Virus record (IMG/VR): IMGVR_UViG_3300037760_000140
Coordinates: 1-59,860 of that record
DNA: 59,860 bases
Source: a virus
Lineage: Duplodnaviria > Caudoviricetes
Reading direction: 5' to 3' (one strand)
Of this stretch, positions 37,579 through 48,176 are shown piece by piece. Below the pieces are notes generated by a model. It did no database searches. It had not been told where the DNA came from and saw only the letters and a list, made by a program, of their open reading frames with translations. Every line of letters starts with the position of its first letter. The first letter of the stretch is position 1. A program made the position numbers and the translations under genes.

Positions 37579-37965
37579 TCAGTTCTCACCGGGCTCGGCG
37601 GTCAATGTATCGATCAGCCGCAGTAGTTGGGCACGCGCCTCCGGGGTGAGGCGATCCGCGCGCTCCACCAAGGCTCTAGCCTCACCTGAGGACGACCATA
37701 CGGTGTCGATGCCGAGGAACTGGGCGCCGGCGGCTTCCTGAAGGCGGTGAAGGGGGAGGTCCAGGGCGACCGACAGGGCATGTAGCTGCCCTAGGTGCGG
37801 TGGGCGCACCCGCTCACCCTTCTCCAAGCGGTGCAGCCATGAGCCGCTGACGCCCTCGCCGCTCAGGTCCGGAGGCATGCGCTCCTCGACGGCCGCATAG
37901 GAAAGACGCAGCTCTCTGCGGCGATCTCGCACGAGGTCCACGAAGTCCGTGCGCGTCTCATCCAT
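37579..37965 (-). CDS. immunity repressor (XRE)
   Basis: LVRDRRRELRLSYAAV...WLHRLEKG; divergent from cro; start 37965 or 37974. Confidence 0.8.
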   Translation of the reverse strand: MDETRTDFVDLVRDRRRELRLSYAAVEERMPPDLSGEGVSGSWLHRLEKGERVRPPHLGQLHALSVALDLPLHRLQEAAGAQFLGIDTVWSSSGEARALVERADRLTPEARAQLLRLIDTLTAEPGEN

Positions 37966-38074
37966 GACTCTCATCCTGCCACTCCGGGGTCTGCTGATGG
38001 CTGTGGGGTGTCCATCGGGCAGGGAGCGATAGGGGCGCGCCCCCCTGCACACGCGCGTCCGCCGTTGCACGCGC

Positions 38075-38174
38075 TGGACGCAGTGTCCAACAAAAGAGGC
38101 GGCAGCGCTAGGGCGCATCGGGTGCGTAGTTAGTAGCACCTAACTACGTCCCGCAAGCTGGACGATGCGTCCAG
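38075..38174. promoter_or_regulatory. operators TGGAC-N5-GTCCA (38075-38089, 38159-38173; half-site at 38205)
   Basis: Palindromes in the repressor/cro intergenic region. Confidence 0.65.
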
Positions 38175-38230
38175 AGTGTGCAATGCTCGGAGCATCCCAA
38201 AACTTGGACGATCCGCAGCAAGAGGTGGAT

Positions 38231-38524
38231 GTGACTACACCCCCTATGTACCGCCATCGGCTGGTGAACGCCGATCTACTGCGGCAGCTCATGCAGCGCA
38301 CCGGTACCGGCTCACGGATCAGCATCCGCGACCTGGCCGACGCCGCCGGGGTGCCCCACGGCACCATCGGCAACCTCCTGACCGGGGAGCAGTACACGGT
38401 CCCCGCCGACAAGGCCGCGGCCATTGCCCGAGTCATCGGCGTGGACGTGCTGATCCTGTTCGAACCGCTGGGCCGGAGCACGGGCGGCGAGTTCACCCCA
38501 ACACTCCGGTCGGTGTCGGCATGA
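38231..38524 (+). CDS. Cro-like XRE protein
   Basis: ISIRDLADAAGVPHGTIGNLLTG; RBS gaggtgg. Confidence 0.8.
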   Translation: MTTPPMYRHRLVNADLLRQLMQRTGTGSRISIRDLADAAGVPHGTIGNLLTGEQYTVPADKAAAIARVIGVDVLILFEPLGRSTGGEFTPTLRSVSA

Positions 38525-38769
38525 GCGCCCCGCAGCTCACCCCCGAGGAGATCCTCGCGCTTCCCGCCGTAGTGAAGGTCTGGCCGACGGTCGGTGGCCA
38601 GATATACGGCCTCGGTAAGTCGGTGACCTACGAACTCGCCGCTCGCAACGAGCTGCCGGTCCCGGTGTTCCGCGTCGGCGTCACCTACCGGGCGCGCTTG
38701 GTCGACATCGTGCGGCAGCTCGGCCTGGACGCCGAGGGCAACGACAGCACCACTCCCGCCGCCGCCTGA
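38521..38769 (+). CDS. xis: excisionase-like HTH protein
   Basis: GLGKSVTYELAARNELPVPVFRVG. Confidence 0.75.
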   Translation: MSAPQLTPEEILALPAVVKVWPTVGGQIYGLGKSVTYELAARNELPVPVFRVGVTYRARLVDIVRQLGLDAEGNDSTTPAAA

Positions 38770-38867
38770 GAGCGGACGGCAAACGGCCCCACCGCCGGTG
38801 GCAAGACCGGCAGCAGGGCCTACCGCAGCACCACCCCTGCACACCTCTACAGACAGGAGGGGCCGCG

Positions 38868-39275
38868 ATGGCTCCCAGTATGACCAACCCCTCGACGATC
38901 CTCGCCCTTGACGCGGCGCTCGGCACGCTGCTGGAGCGGATCGCCGAGGCTGACATGGCGCCGCTGCTGGACGCCGCCGTCACGACGTGGCACATCGGTC
39001 GCCGCCCGAGCGCGAGCGTGGGACTGAACGCCGTTAACGTCGGCGACTTCGACCCCGCAAGCCTGCCGCGCCTCGCCGATCTGATCGACGGCACCGTCAC
39101 CTGCGGCAGCACCATCACGCACGACCACGACGGCAGCCGCACGACGAACCGCATCATCGAGGGCGAGTGGTCCGGGGTTGCAGTGGAGATCTCCGTGTGG
39201 ATTCCGGCACCCCCTGAGCGCGAACAGCTGCTGGCCCGTCTGGCGGAGCTGGACGCCAAGGACGGTGCGGCATGA
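38868..39275 (+). CDS. hypothetical protein
   Basis: RBS aggagg. Confidence 0.7.
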   Translation: MAPSMTNPSTILALDAALGTLLERIAEADMAPLLDAAVTTWHIGRRPSASVGLNAVNVGDFDPASLPRLADLIDGTVTCGSTITHDHDGSRTTNRIIEGEWSGVAVEISVWIPAPPEREQLLARLAELDAKDGAA

Positions 39276-39712
39276 GCGCCCCGACGGAGGGCACGCAGCG
39301 CCCCGTCGAGGAGCCGGTGTCCTCCGCCGCCGTGCGGCTGATCGATGCCCGGTGCGGCCTGCCGCCCGAGGTCGGCGCCGAGATCGTCGACGTGCTGCGC
39401 TCGGCCGGCCTGCTGGTCGAGCCGACATGGGCGGACGACATCCGCACCCAGTGCACTGCCGAGCACGTCGCCGAGCTGGATGCGCTCCGGGAGCAGGTCC
39501 GCGACCTGACCGACCAGCGCGACGGCGCCCGCCGGACGGTGGAGGACCAGCAGCGCGAGTACGCCGCCGCCCGCCTGCCGCGCCGGGATGCCTGCCGGGA
39601 GCGGTGCGCGGAGGCGGGACTCGCCCGCTGCTGCCTCACCTCCGGACATACGGGCGCGCACGAGACCGACTGGTCCGGCGGCCAGCACGTCAGCTGGGGC
39701 GGTGCCGCATGA
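39272..39712 (+). CDS. coiled-coil/Cys-His protein
   Basis: ATGA coupling; C..GHTGAH. Confidence 0.65.
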   Translation: MSAPTEGTQRPVEEPVSSAAVRLIDARCGLPPEVGAEIVDVLRSAGLLVEPTWADDIRTQCTAEHVAELDALREQVRDLTDQRDGARRTVEDQQREYAAARLPRRDACRERCAEAGLARCCLTSGHTGAHETDWSGGQHVSWGGAA

Positions 39713-39915
39713 CCGCCGTCCTGTCCGACTGGGCTGCCGGCGGGGGCATCGCCACCGCGCTGTTCGCCGCGACCGCCGTGCCCGCGCTGCTGGTGGACCA
39801 CCACGGCAAGGCCGCTGCCCGCAGCGTGCGTGCGGGTGTCCGGTACGTCGTCATCGGCGGCGTCTGCTGGCTGGCCCTGACTGTCGGCCCGGTGGGCGGT
39901 GGCCTCGATGGCTGA
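39709..39915 (+). CDS. small membrane protein
   Basis: ATGA coupling; 2 TM segments. Confidence 0.55.
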   Translation: MTAVLSDWAAGGGIATALFAATAVPALLVDHHGKAAARSVRAGVRYVVIGGVCWLALTVGPVGGGLDG

Positions 39916-40774
39916 GACCGTGCTGACCGATCCGGTGATGGCGCCGGGCGTGTACGACGACGTCCCGGCTGAGGCGTACCACGCCGACCCCGCCCTGTCC
40001 TCGACCGGTGCCCGGCAGCTGCTGCCGCCGTCGTGTCCGGCCCGGTTCCGGTGGGACCAGCTCTACGGCCAGCCGCCGAAGGCAGTGTTCGACTTCGGGC
40101 AGGCCGCCCATCTCGCCGCTCTCGGCGCCGGCCCCGACCTGGTGATCGTGGAGGCGCCGGACTGGCGCACCAAGCGGGCGCAGCAGCTGCGCGATGGCGC
40201 GCGCGCCGAAGGTGCGGTGCCGCTGCTGGAGCACCAGTACGAGCAGGTGCAGGCCATGGCCGCCGCACTCCGGGCGCATCCCGTTGCTGGGCCGGTGTTC
40301 GCGCCGGGCTCGGGGCGGGGGGAGGTGTCGCTGTGGTGGGCCGACCGTCCGACTGGGGTGATGCGCCGGGCGCGCCTGGACTGGCTGCGCGAGCCGGTGG
40401 CAGAGCGGCGGCTGATCGTCCCGGACTACAAGACATGCCGCTCGGCGTCCCCTGAGGCGTTCAGGAAGGCGACCGCCGAGTACGGCTACCACCAGCAGGC
40501 CGACTGGTACACGGCCGCCGTGCAGGCGCTGGGCCTGGCCCCGGGCGGGGCGGCGTTCGTCTTCATCTGCCAGGAGAAGGACCCGCCGTACCTGGTGGCG
40601 ACCTACGAGCTGGACGCGGTGGCGCTGCGCATCGGCGCGGCGAAGAACCGGGCAGCGCTGGAGACCTTCGCCGAGTGCACCGCCACCGGCCGCTGGCCCG
40701 GCTACGGCGACGAGCCGCAGCTGATCTCCCTGCCCCCCTGGGCCGAAATCCGTGACACCGAGGAGTACCTGTGA
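39908..40774 (+). CDS. RecE/exonuclease VIII-like PD-(D/E)XK nuclease (DUF3799)
   Basis: YHADPALSST, RARLDW, DYKT, YGYHQQADWY, EKDPPY. Confidence 0.88.
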   Translation: MAETVLTDPVMAPGVYDDVPAEAYHADPALSSTGARQLLPPSCPARFRWDQLYGQPPKAVFDFGQAAHLAALGAGPDLVIVEAPDWRTKRAQQLRDGARAEGAVPLLEHQYEQVQAMAAALRAHPVAGPVFAPGSGRGEVSLWWADRPTGVMRRARLDWLREPVAERRLIVPDYKTCRSASPEAFRKATAEYGYHQQADWYTAAVQALGLAPGGAAFVFICQEKDPPYLVATYELDAVALRIGAAKNRAALETFAECTATGRWPGYGDEPQLISLPPWAEIRDTEEYL

Positions 40775-41574
40775 ACGACAACGGACTTGTTGTGCCCGGT
40801 CAGGCCACGATGGTCGAGCAGTCACGGGCGGAGATGGAGGTCAAGGCCGCCGTCACCATCGCGCAGCAGAACCCGCGCGACCCGGAGGCCGCGCGGCGGC
40901 GGATGCAGTTCGCGTGCCGCCAGCCCGCACTGGCCCTCAAGGCGTTCTACAGCTTCCCCAGGGGGCGGGAGATCGTCTCCGGTGCCAGTATCCAGCTGGC
41001 GACGGAGCTCGCGCTGAACTACGGGAACATCCAGTACAGCGTGGTCGAGTTGTCGCGGGACTCCGGGGCCGGGCAGTCGGAGATCCTGGTGTACGCGTGG
41101 GACCTGGAGGCCAACTCCCGCTCCGCGCAGATCTTCATTGCCCCTCACCTGCGGTACACGTCGCGGAACGCGCAGAAGCTCACCGACCTCCGTGACGTGT
41201 ACGAGAACAACTCGAACCAGGGCGCCCGCCGCCTGCGTGAAGCGATCTTCAAGGTGCTGCCCGCGTGGTACGTCGGCGAGGCCACCGAGCTGTGTCGGGA
41301 GACGATCGGCAAGCACATCGCGGAGCTCGTGGCGACCTACGAGAAGGTCGGCGTGTCCTTGGAGCAGCTGGAGGCCAAGGTCGAGTGTCGCCGGTCGGAG
41401 TGGACCGGTAAGCACGCCACGGAGCTTGCTTCTCTCTACACCTCGGTCAGCTGCGGCGAGATCACCCGGGACGACGCGTTTCCGCCGATTGGCGGTGCGG
41501 CAGCCACCGGTCGAGTGACGGCGGAGGAACTGACCGGCGGCGCCCCGGCCAACGCCCCCGGCGGCCCGCAGTGA
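40771..41574 (+). CDS. putative single-strand annealing/recombination protein
   Basis: Coupled to RecE-like gene; AQQNPRD, YSFPRG, ARRLREAI. Confidence 0.6.
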   Translation: MNDNGLVVPGQATMVEQSRAEMEVKAAVTIAQQNPRDPEAARRRMQFACRQPALALKAFYSFPRGREIVSGASIQLATELALNYGNIQYSVVELSRDSGAGQSEILVYAWDLEANSRSAQIFIAPHLRYTSRNAQKLTDLRDVYENNSNQGARRLREAIFKVLPAWYVGEATELCRETIGKHIAELVATYEKVGVSLEQLEAKVECRRSEWTGKHATELASLYTSVSCGEITRDDAFPPIGGAAATGRVTAEELTGGAPANAPGGPQ

Positions 41575-41920
41575 GCGCGGCGTTCGGGTGGCTGCTGCTG
41601 GCCGGTGTGCTCGGCGCGGGCGTGCTGGCGGTGTGTTCGGCGCACATCCCGGTCCTGCGCGTCTGGACCGGTGCCGCACCGCTGGATGGCGGTGAGCGCG
41701 ATGACCGCTGATGCGCTGACGCTGCTGATCGCCGGTATCGCGCTGGCCTGGTTCGTGGTGTGCGTCGTGGTGGAGGTGCGGATCTGGCTCCGGTCTCGCC
41801 GCCCGCGCACCTCCGGCCGGCACCGTGCGCCGCTGGACCCGCCGAGGCCACCCTGCACGCCGCCCGGGAGGCGGCGCGGGAGGCCCTGGACCCGGTCCAG
41901 CCGGGCGGGGGTGAGGACCG

Positions 41921-42175
41921 GTGAGGCCGTCCACGGACCTCCTGGCGCTGGCCCCGGCCGGGGTACTGCGCGCCCATCAGCAGGATGCCCGCCGCTGCAT
42001 GACCGCCCACGCCGCCGCCGGACTACCGGCCGACGAGCCGTGCGCCACCTGGGCGGACCGGGTGCAGGACGAACTCGACCGCCGGGCGCACGGCATGCCA
42101 CTGGCCGTGCCGGTGGCCGCCACGCTGCTGGAGCAGTACGGGCGCACCGGACCGCGCGGGGGTGAGGAGCGGTGA
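41921..42175 (+). CDS. hypothetical protein
   Basis: RBS gagga; coupled to next gene. Confidence 0.5.
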   Translation: MRPSTDLLALAPAGVLRAHQQDARRCMTAHAAAGLPADEPCATWADRVQDELDRRAHGMPLAVPVAATLLEQYGRTGPRGGEER

Positions 42176-42600
42176 GCGTTCCCAGAGCTGTTGTCGGCGG
42201 CCGGGCGTCCACCCCGGGCGAACTCGCCGCCGTCGCCCAGCTGGTCACCCACCGGGCGACCGGCACGGATGACGAGGCCATGCTCCGCGCAATGCTTGGA
42301 CTGGCACCGGCGGCCAAGCGCCGACGGGGACGCCCGCTCGCCGAGCACGGCACACCCGGTCGGTACCGGTCCGGCTGTCGCTGCGGTGACTGCCGGGCGG
42401 CGCACACCGCGAAGTGCCGGGCGGATCGCCACCGGCGCGCTGCGGATCCGTCGACTGCGGACCGGGCCGGGCACGGCAAGGCGAACACGTACCGGAACCA
42501 CGGCTGCCGCTGCGAACCGTGCACGGCAGCCCACAGCGCGCAGATCGTCCCGTACCTGAGGCAGCTCCGCGCTCGACGTCGGACGGAGGCCGTCCGGTGA
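42172..42600 (+). CDS. protein with two HG...GCRC..C zinc-binding repeats
   Basis: HGTPGRYRSGCRCGDC and HGKANTYRNHGCRCEPC. Confidence 0.7.
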   Translation: MSVPRAVVGGRASTPGELAAVAQLVTHRATGTDDEAMLRAMLGLAPAAKRRRGRPLAEHGTPGRYRSGCRCGDCRAAHTAKCRADRHRRAADPSTADRAGHGKANTYRNHGCRCEPCTAAHSAQIVPYLRQLRARRRTEAVR

Positions 42601-42750
42601 CCGCCGTCATCTGCATCGCGCTGTTCTGCGGGGCGCCCGCTGCGGCCCTGTGCCGTATCCGCCGCCCACGCTTCCCCTGACCGCCTGGCGGCGCCGCCGG
42701 CCTCCACACCCGGCCCCGCCAGGCAGCCACCAACCTGACTGGAGTACCTG

Positions 42751-43695
42751 ATGTCCCACTTCACCGTCCTCGTTGCACTCAAGCCGGACACTCGCGGGCA
42801 TGTCGGCGAGCACCTGGCCGCCGCACTCGCCCCGTTCGACGAGAACAGCGAGGTCACCCCCTACCGCAACTACATCGAGAACTGGCAGAACGCCTACGAG
42901 CGGGCCCTCAAGTTCTACTCCGAACACCCGGAGCACAAGCCCGCCGGCCTGGACGAACTGGACGTGGCCGCCGTTCTGTCGGCCTACGAGGACGTCGAGG
43001 TCACCGAGGAGACCGCCGACGACTCGACGGCCGTCACGTTCTACTCGATGTCCACCTACAACCCCCGGTCCAAGTGGGACTGGTGGGTGATCGGCGGACG
43101 CTGGACCGGCTACTTCCCCGTCGCGGCGGGCTGCGACGGCGACCCGCGGCTGATCGTCGGCCGCCCGGGCGCCTTCGGCCACCGGGCCGCACCCGGCCGG
43201 GTGGACGGCGGCCCGCGCGAACTCCTCGACTTCGACGCCCTGCGCCAGATCAAGGCCGCCGAGGCGGGCGGGCAGTACGACCACTGGCAGCAGCTGACCG
43301 ATGGCCTGCCCGAGGCCCGGCCGTGGTCTGCGTTCCTGGAGCGCCACAAGGCCGACCCGGAGGACTACCCGATCGACCGCGCCCGCGAGGAGTACGGCGC
43401 GCAGGAGATCACGCAGAAGGCCCGCACCTCGCGCGAGTTCGCGTGGCTGGACTGCCCCATCGACGCCTTCGCCGTGGGCCGCGACGAGTACATGCGGCAG
43501 GCCGCCGAGCGGGCCGTGCCCGGATACGCCTACCTCGACCTGGACGGCGTGTGGCACGCGCCCGGCTCGATGGGCTGGTTCGGCATGAGCAGCGACGACG
43601 AGGGCGATCGCGCCGCCTACTACCGGCGCATCAACGAGGAATTGGATGCCCTCGACCCGGCCACGGTCCTGGTCGCCGTGGACTGCCACATCTGA
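42751..43695 (+). CDS. conserved phage hypothetical protein (314 aa)
   Basis: MSHFTVLV, YNPRSKWDWWVIGGRW, VDCHI; strong GC3. Confidence 0.85.
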   Translation: MSHFTVLVALKPDTRGHVGEHLAAALAPFDENSEVTPYRNYIENWQNAYERALKFYSEHPEHKPAGLDELDVAAVLSAYEDVEVTEETADDSTAVTFYSMSTYNPRSKWDWWVIGGRWTGYFPVAAGCDGDPRLIVGRPGAFGHRAAPGRVDGGPRELLDFDALRQIKAAEAGGQYDHWQQLTDGLPEARPWSAFLERHKADPEDYPIDRAREEYGAQEITQKARTSREFAWLDCPIDAFAVGRDEYMRQAAERAVPGYAYLDLDGVWHAPGSMGWFGMSSDDEGDRAAYYRRINEELDALDPATVLVAVDCHI

Positions 43696-43711
43696 CCTGG
43701 AGCGCCGCCTG

Positions 43712-43894
43712 ATGCCTGACCGCTACGCGTCCCGCCCGCACCACTGGGCCGCCGTCGCCGCCGTGCTGGCGACCGCCGCCCTGATCGCCGCCGGATGCAC
43801 CGACACCGCCGCCACCCCCGACCCCAGCCCCGCACCGCCCGCCACCGCACCCGAGGGCGACGGCGGCGGCAAGACCGGAGGAACCGACCGATGA
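43712..43894 (+). CDS. small lipoprotein
   Basis: Hydrophobic core + AAGC lipobox. Confidence 0.5.
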   Translation: MPDRYASRPHHWAAVAAVLATAALIAAGCTDTAATPDPSPAPPATAPEGDGGGKTGGTDR

Positions 43895-44388
43895 GCCTCG
43901 GAGACCTGATCAAGACCCTCGAAGCCGAAGACCCCGCGCTGCTGCTGCCGGTCGGCTTCGTCAACCCGCACTCCTACCGCGGGGACTACATGGACCTCGC
44001 GTTCGAGCCCGCCGCCAATATCCCCGTCGGAGACTGCCTGGCCTCCGCCCGGTCCGCGCTCGGCACCACCTACGAGGGCTGGAAGGGCGGCCAGTTCACG
44101 ATGAACGAGCACTCGTGGTGCTGGCTGTCCGAGGAGGGCACCGCATCGTGCGAGTCCCTCGGCCCGACGCTGCTGCGACTCATGATCGCCCACGGCAAGG
44201 CCGCCCGATTCGTCGCCGCGCGCGCCGAGTTCGTCACCGCCATCGACAACTGCCGCCCCGACAACTACGCCGACTACCACCGCTGGCAGGGCCACGCCGA
44301 AAGCCGCCGCGTGCTCGCCAAGGAACTCGGCCTGCCCGTCGCGTGGCCGATCGGACACAAGGGCGCCGAAGCAGGTGGCGACCGATGA
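43891..44388 (+). CDS. hypothetical protein
   Basis: HSYRGDYMDLAFEP, YEGWKGGQF. Confidence 0.75.
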   Translation: MSLGDLIKTLEAEDPALLLPVGFVNPHSYRGDYMDLAFEPAANIPVGDCLASARSALGTTYEGWKGGQFTMNEHSWCWLSEEGTASCESLGPTLLRLMIAHGKAARFVAARAEFVTAIDNCRPDNYADYHRWQGHAESRRVLAKELGLPVAWPIGHKGAEAGGDR

Positions 44389-44448
44389 GTTACCCGAACC
44401 ACTACACCCCCGCCGAGCACCTGGCCGCCGCCACTCCGGAGGCCGACC

Positions 44449-44889
44449 GTGGATGACCTGCCCGACGGCTACTACGCCGTCCTCAACCCCGACGACCCGG
44501 CCACCATGACCTACTGGCGGGTCCGCACCGGCCGGATCACCGCCTGGCCTGCCAAGGCCCACCACGGCCCCCCGCGCCTGCTGAAGCGGGACGCCCCGGC
44601 CGACCGTGACGCCCGCATCGCCTGGATGCGCGTCTGGAGCAGCCGCTACCAGTCGTGGATGCAGCGGCTGCACGCCGCACTGATCGCCGACCTGCCCGCC
44701 GCCCGCCGCACGTTCGCCGATCTCACCGTCCGCTGCTGCGAGTGCGGCCGGGCTCTCACTGACGACCGGTCCAAGGTGCTCGGCGTCGGGCCGGAGTGCC
44801 GCCGCCACATGGACGACGGCGTGCTCGCCCAGCTGGTGACGCCGCAGATCGCTACGGCCCACGCGACATGGGAGGCCGGCCGTGGATGA
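44449..44889 (+). CDS. DUF6011-domain protein
   Basis: CCECGRALTDDRSKVLGVGPEC. Confidence 0.75.
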   Translation: MDDLPDGYYAVLNPDDPATMTYWRVRTGRITAWPAKAHHGPPRLLKRDAPADRDARIAWMRVWSSRYQSWMQRLHAALIADLPAARRTFADLTVRCCECGRALTDDRSKVLGVGPECRRHMDDGVLAQLVTPQIATAHATWEAGRG

Positions 44890-45103
44890 CGCCATCGCCC
44901 TGATCACCGCCGCCGTCTACGTGTTCGGCGCCGCCGCGCTGGTGCTGGCCTTCGCCGCGCTGCTGTTCGCCGTGCACCTGCTGCGCGCCGCGCTGCACCG
45001 ACTCCGCCACGACGTGCGCCCCGCCGAGACCGCCGCTGCCGAACCGCGCCACGACCCCCACGACGACACCCTCACCCTGCCCAAGATCGGAACCGCAGCA
45101 TGA
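44882..45103 (+). CDS. small membrane protein
   Basis: Long N-terminal hydrophobic segment. Confidence 0.6.
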   Translation: MDDAIALITAAVYVFGAAALVLAFAALLFAVHLLRAALHRLRHDVRPAETAAAEPRHDPHDDTLTLPKIGTAA

Positions 45104-45963
45104 CCGACCGACTGAGCGACGAGCGGATCGAGCAGATCCGCGCCCGCATCCGCCGAGACACCATCTGCCCCAGCGGCTACGCGCCCGTCAAGGGCGGCGC
45201 GCACCACTGGGTCACCTACGACCACGCCCACATCCAGTGCGCCCAGTGCGGTCACATCACCATCGGGGGGCGCGTCAGCTACCTGGTCGAGGTCCACGAC
45301 CTCTACGGCGAGGCCGTGCGCCTCCGCGAACTGGACGACATGGCGCAGGACTGGGAACAGCGCCTCGCAGACCTCCGCCACGAGCACCAGCGGCAGGCCG
45401 CCGCGTGGGACAAGCAGCGCGAACAGCTGACCGCCGACCGGGACCGGATTCGGCGGGAGCTGGACGCCCGCACCTCGACACCGTGCGGCCCGGGGGTGCC
45501 GTGCGAGGACGGCGGCGAACCCTGCGACCGTCACGAGCGCGAGCAGGCTCACGCCGACGGCGAGCACGAGCTGTGCGGACCGGAGTGCGAGCCCCTGCGC
45601 CTCGCCTGGTCGCCGCAGGACATCGAACTGGGCGACGACGGCGGTGCCGTCCTCATGCTCACCCACACCGGCGGACAGCCCGCCGTCCTGGAGCTGGAGC
45701 CCGAAGCCGCCGCCGCGCTGCGGGACGACCTGACGGAGTCTTTCGACGGCCCGTGCTGGCACCTGCATTGCGCGGTCTGCCAGGCCGACGACCGGCACGG
45801 CAGCGGGATCTGCTTCCCCGACAGCGCCGCCGCGACCGCCTACGGACGCCGACACGGGTGGCGCCTGGACGACGACCGGCAGGTATGCCCGAGCTGCGCG
45901 GACGACGACGGCGACGAGCACCAGCTGGGTATCACCGACCGCGACGAGACGGCGGTGGCGTGA
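45100..45963 (+). CDS. mosaic Cys-rich hypothetical protein
   Basis: ATGA coupling; several CxxC motifs. Confidence 0.7.
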   Translation: MTDRLSDERIEQIRARIRRDTICPSGYAPVKGGAHHWVTYDHAHIQCAQCGHITIGGRVSYLVEVHDLYGEAVRLRELDDMAQDWEQRLADLRHEHQRQAAAWDKQREQLTADRDRIRRELDARTSTPCGPGVPCEDGGEPCDRHEREQAHADGEHELCGPECEPLRLAWSPQDIELGDDGGAVLMLTHTGGQPAVLELEPEAAAALRDDLTESFDGPCWHLHCAVCQADDRHGSGICFPDSAAATAYGRRHGWRLDDDRQVCPSCADDDGDEHQLGITDRDETAVA

Positions 45964-46160
45964 TGCCCACCTGGCTGCTGCTGCTCGCCGCCTGGGTCGG
46001 CGGCTCCATCGGCGCCGGCGCCCTGTGGATCGGCGCCTGCGTGATCAATGACCGCATCTACGGCATCCACCGCTGAACGCCGCCCCGCCCCCGGCATTCG
46101 ACCTGCCGGGGGCGGGCGGCACCACCGTACCGCCGCACACCGCACCACCAGGAGGACCCC

Positions 46161-46673
46161 GTGCGCGACACCGGCACCGAGACCGTCGCAGCCGAGTACG
46201 ACCGGCTGTGCACCGAGGGCCATCGCCTCGCGGCCCAGGCCACCCGCACACCCGAAGACCGCGCCCGCGCGGTACAGATCAGCGCACGTCTGCGGGCCAT
46301 CCGAGCCACGCCCCCGCCCGGCTACACCCTCCCGTCCATGGCCACCGCCCTCATCGCCCACGCCACCGCGCACGGCTGGCAGACCCTCGCCCAGTGGACC
46401 CCCGCCGCCGGCCTGGACGAAGGCGGCAGGCAGGAACCGTTCGTCACCGTGCAGGTCGGCCGACGCCTGACCGCTGACGAACTGGCCGCCCGCGCGGAGA
46501 AGTTCTTCCAGGGCCCGCACTGGCTCTACAGCGCCACCTGGTGGTCCCGCGGCCTCCCGCACGGCCGCCTCCGCCTCCACCGCGTCAGCGCCGAAACACC
46601 GGATGCCCCCGCCTGCCACGAGGTGTCGCTCCGCACAGCCAGGGAGGCGATCACCGCACACCCCGCCCCATGA
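46161..46673 (+). CDS. hypothetical protein
   Basis: RBS aggagg. Confidence 0.7.
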   Translation: MRDTGTETVAAEYDRLCTEGHRLAAQATRTPEDRARAVQISARLRAIRATPPPGYTLPSMATALIAHATAHGWQTLAQWTPAAGLDEGGRQEPFVTVQVGRRLTADELAARAEKFFQGPHWLYSATWWSRGLPHGRLRLHRVSAETPDAPACHEVSLRTAREAITAHPAP

Positions 46674-46730
46674 CCGCCCGGCCCGAGTGGCGCAACCGCC
46701 ATCCCGCACCAGCACCACCAGGAGGACCCC

Positions 46731-47081
46731 GTGACCGCAGAGCACACCCCGGAAGAGATCTACCGCCTCCGACGAGCCATGCAGTACAGCTTCGCCTCCA
46801 GCGGGGGTGAGTGCACCTACTACGAATCGATCGACAGCCTCCGCGAAGACCTCCTCAACGCCTGGCTCGACATCGAGGCCGACCAGAACTGCCCGAGCAA
46901 GCGCGTGCAGCGCAGGCTCGCCCGGCTGTGGCGGAAGGCCCGCCGCCAGCCCGACTACCCGAAGGTGACGAGGGTGGTCGCCGTGGAGCGGCACACCGAC
47001 GCCGGATGGGTCCCCGTGCCGTGGGAGATCGTCGCCCCGGCCGTGCTGCTCGGCGCCGAGGCGACCGGCGGTGCGGCATGA
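46731..47081 (+). CDS. hypothetical protein
   Basis: RBS aggagg. Confidence 0.7.
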   Translation: MTAEHTPEEIYRLRRAMQYSFASSGGECTYYESIDSLREDLLNAWLDIEADQNCPSKRVQRRLARLWRKARRQPDYPKVTRVVAVERHTDAGWVPVPWEIVAPAVLLGAEATGGAA

Positions 47082-47377
47082 GCAACGTCGTCATCTGCCG
47101 CCCGGACCTGTTCCCGCTCCGTCGCATCCTGCACTGCCCGACCTGCAAGCGCCGCCGCCGCATGGCCATCCTCGACTCCGCCTGGTACGGACCCACCGTC
47201 ACCTGCTGCGCCTGCGGCGACTCCTGGTCCGACTGGGAACGCCACCCCCGGCCCTTCCGGCGAGGCTGGCGGAAGGAGGCCGCCACGGGCGCCCGCAAGA
47301 CCTGGGACGCCGCCGGCCAGTACACCCGCGCCGACTGGTCCGCATGGCTGGCCGACCAGGTCGGCGGTGCGGCATGA
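47078..47377 (+). CDS. zinc-ribbon protein
   Basis: CPTC...CCAC; ATGA coupling. Confidence 0.65.
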   Translation: MSNVVICRPDLFPLRRILHCPTCKRRRRMAILDSAWYGPTVTCCACGDSWSDWERHPRPFRRGWRKEAATGARKTWDAAGQYTRADWSAWLADQVGGAA

Positions 47378-47739
47378 CCGCCGTGCAGCCCGCCCTCGAC
47401 GGCACCGTGCCCCCACCGCCCCGGCCCCGCTCCGCCGACTACGAGGAGTGGATCACCGCCGTCCGCCCCGCATTCGAGAAGGCCGCCGCCAGCGGCCAGA
47501 CGTTCACCACCTACGCCATAGCCGACCGCCAGCGCCTCCCCGAGCCCCCCGACTCCGCGCACCACTGGGGCCGGCTAATGACCCTGCTGCGCGAGCAGGG
47601 CGTCGTCCGCCGCGCCGGATGGGCCAACAGCGGCCGGCCGACCGCCAACGCCTCCGGGGTCCGCACCTGGCGCGGCACCCGCGCCCACATCGCCGCCTGG
47701 AGCGCCCAGCAGGCCGCCGCCGGGGAGGTGGCAGCGTGA
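47374..47739 (+). CDS. hypothetical protein (possible wHTH)
   Basis: Coupled at both ends. Confidence 0.65.
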   Translation: MTAVQPALDGTVPPPPRPRSADYEEWITAVRPAFEKAAASGQTFTTYAIADRQRLPEPPDSAHHWGRLMTLLREQGVVRRAGWANSGRPTANASGVRTWRGTRAHIAAWSAQQAAAGEVAA

Positions 47740-48176
47740 TCGAGTACCGCATCACGCTCCCCGTCGGCCTGCCGCTGATCAACTCCAACCACCGCCGGCA
47801 CTACCAGCACAAGGCCGGGGCCACGTCGGCGATCCGCCCCGCCGCGGCCCTCGCAGTCCGCGACTGCACGCCGCTGAAGACCGCCATGGCCGGGCGCCGC
47901 GGGCAGCCCGCGATGGACCACGCGCGCATCTTCGGCATCGTGCACCCCGCGACCCGCCGCAAGGTCGACCCGGCGAACCTCTACCCCAGCTTCAAGGCCG
48001 CCGTGGACGGCCTGATCGACGCCGGCGTGCTGGCCGACGACGACGCCCGGCACGTCATCGGCCCCGACATGCGCCTCGGCCCCGTCGTCCGCGGCTCCCA
48101 GCTCGCGCTCATCGTCCGACCGCTCACCGCCGCGCAGCACGCCGCACTGGCCGCCGAATGGGCGGTACCCGCATGA
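47736..48176 (+). CDS. RusA-like Holliday junction resolvase
   Basis: DPANL..SFKAAVDGLIDAGVLADDD. Confidence 0.8.
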   Translation: MIEYRITLPVGLPLINSNHRRHYQHKAGATSAIRPAAALAVRDCTPLKTAMAGRRGQPAMDHARIFGIVHPATRRKVDPANLYPSFKAAVDGLIDAGVLADDDARHVIGPDMRLGPVVRGSQLALIVRPLTAAQHAALAAEWAVPA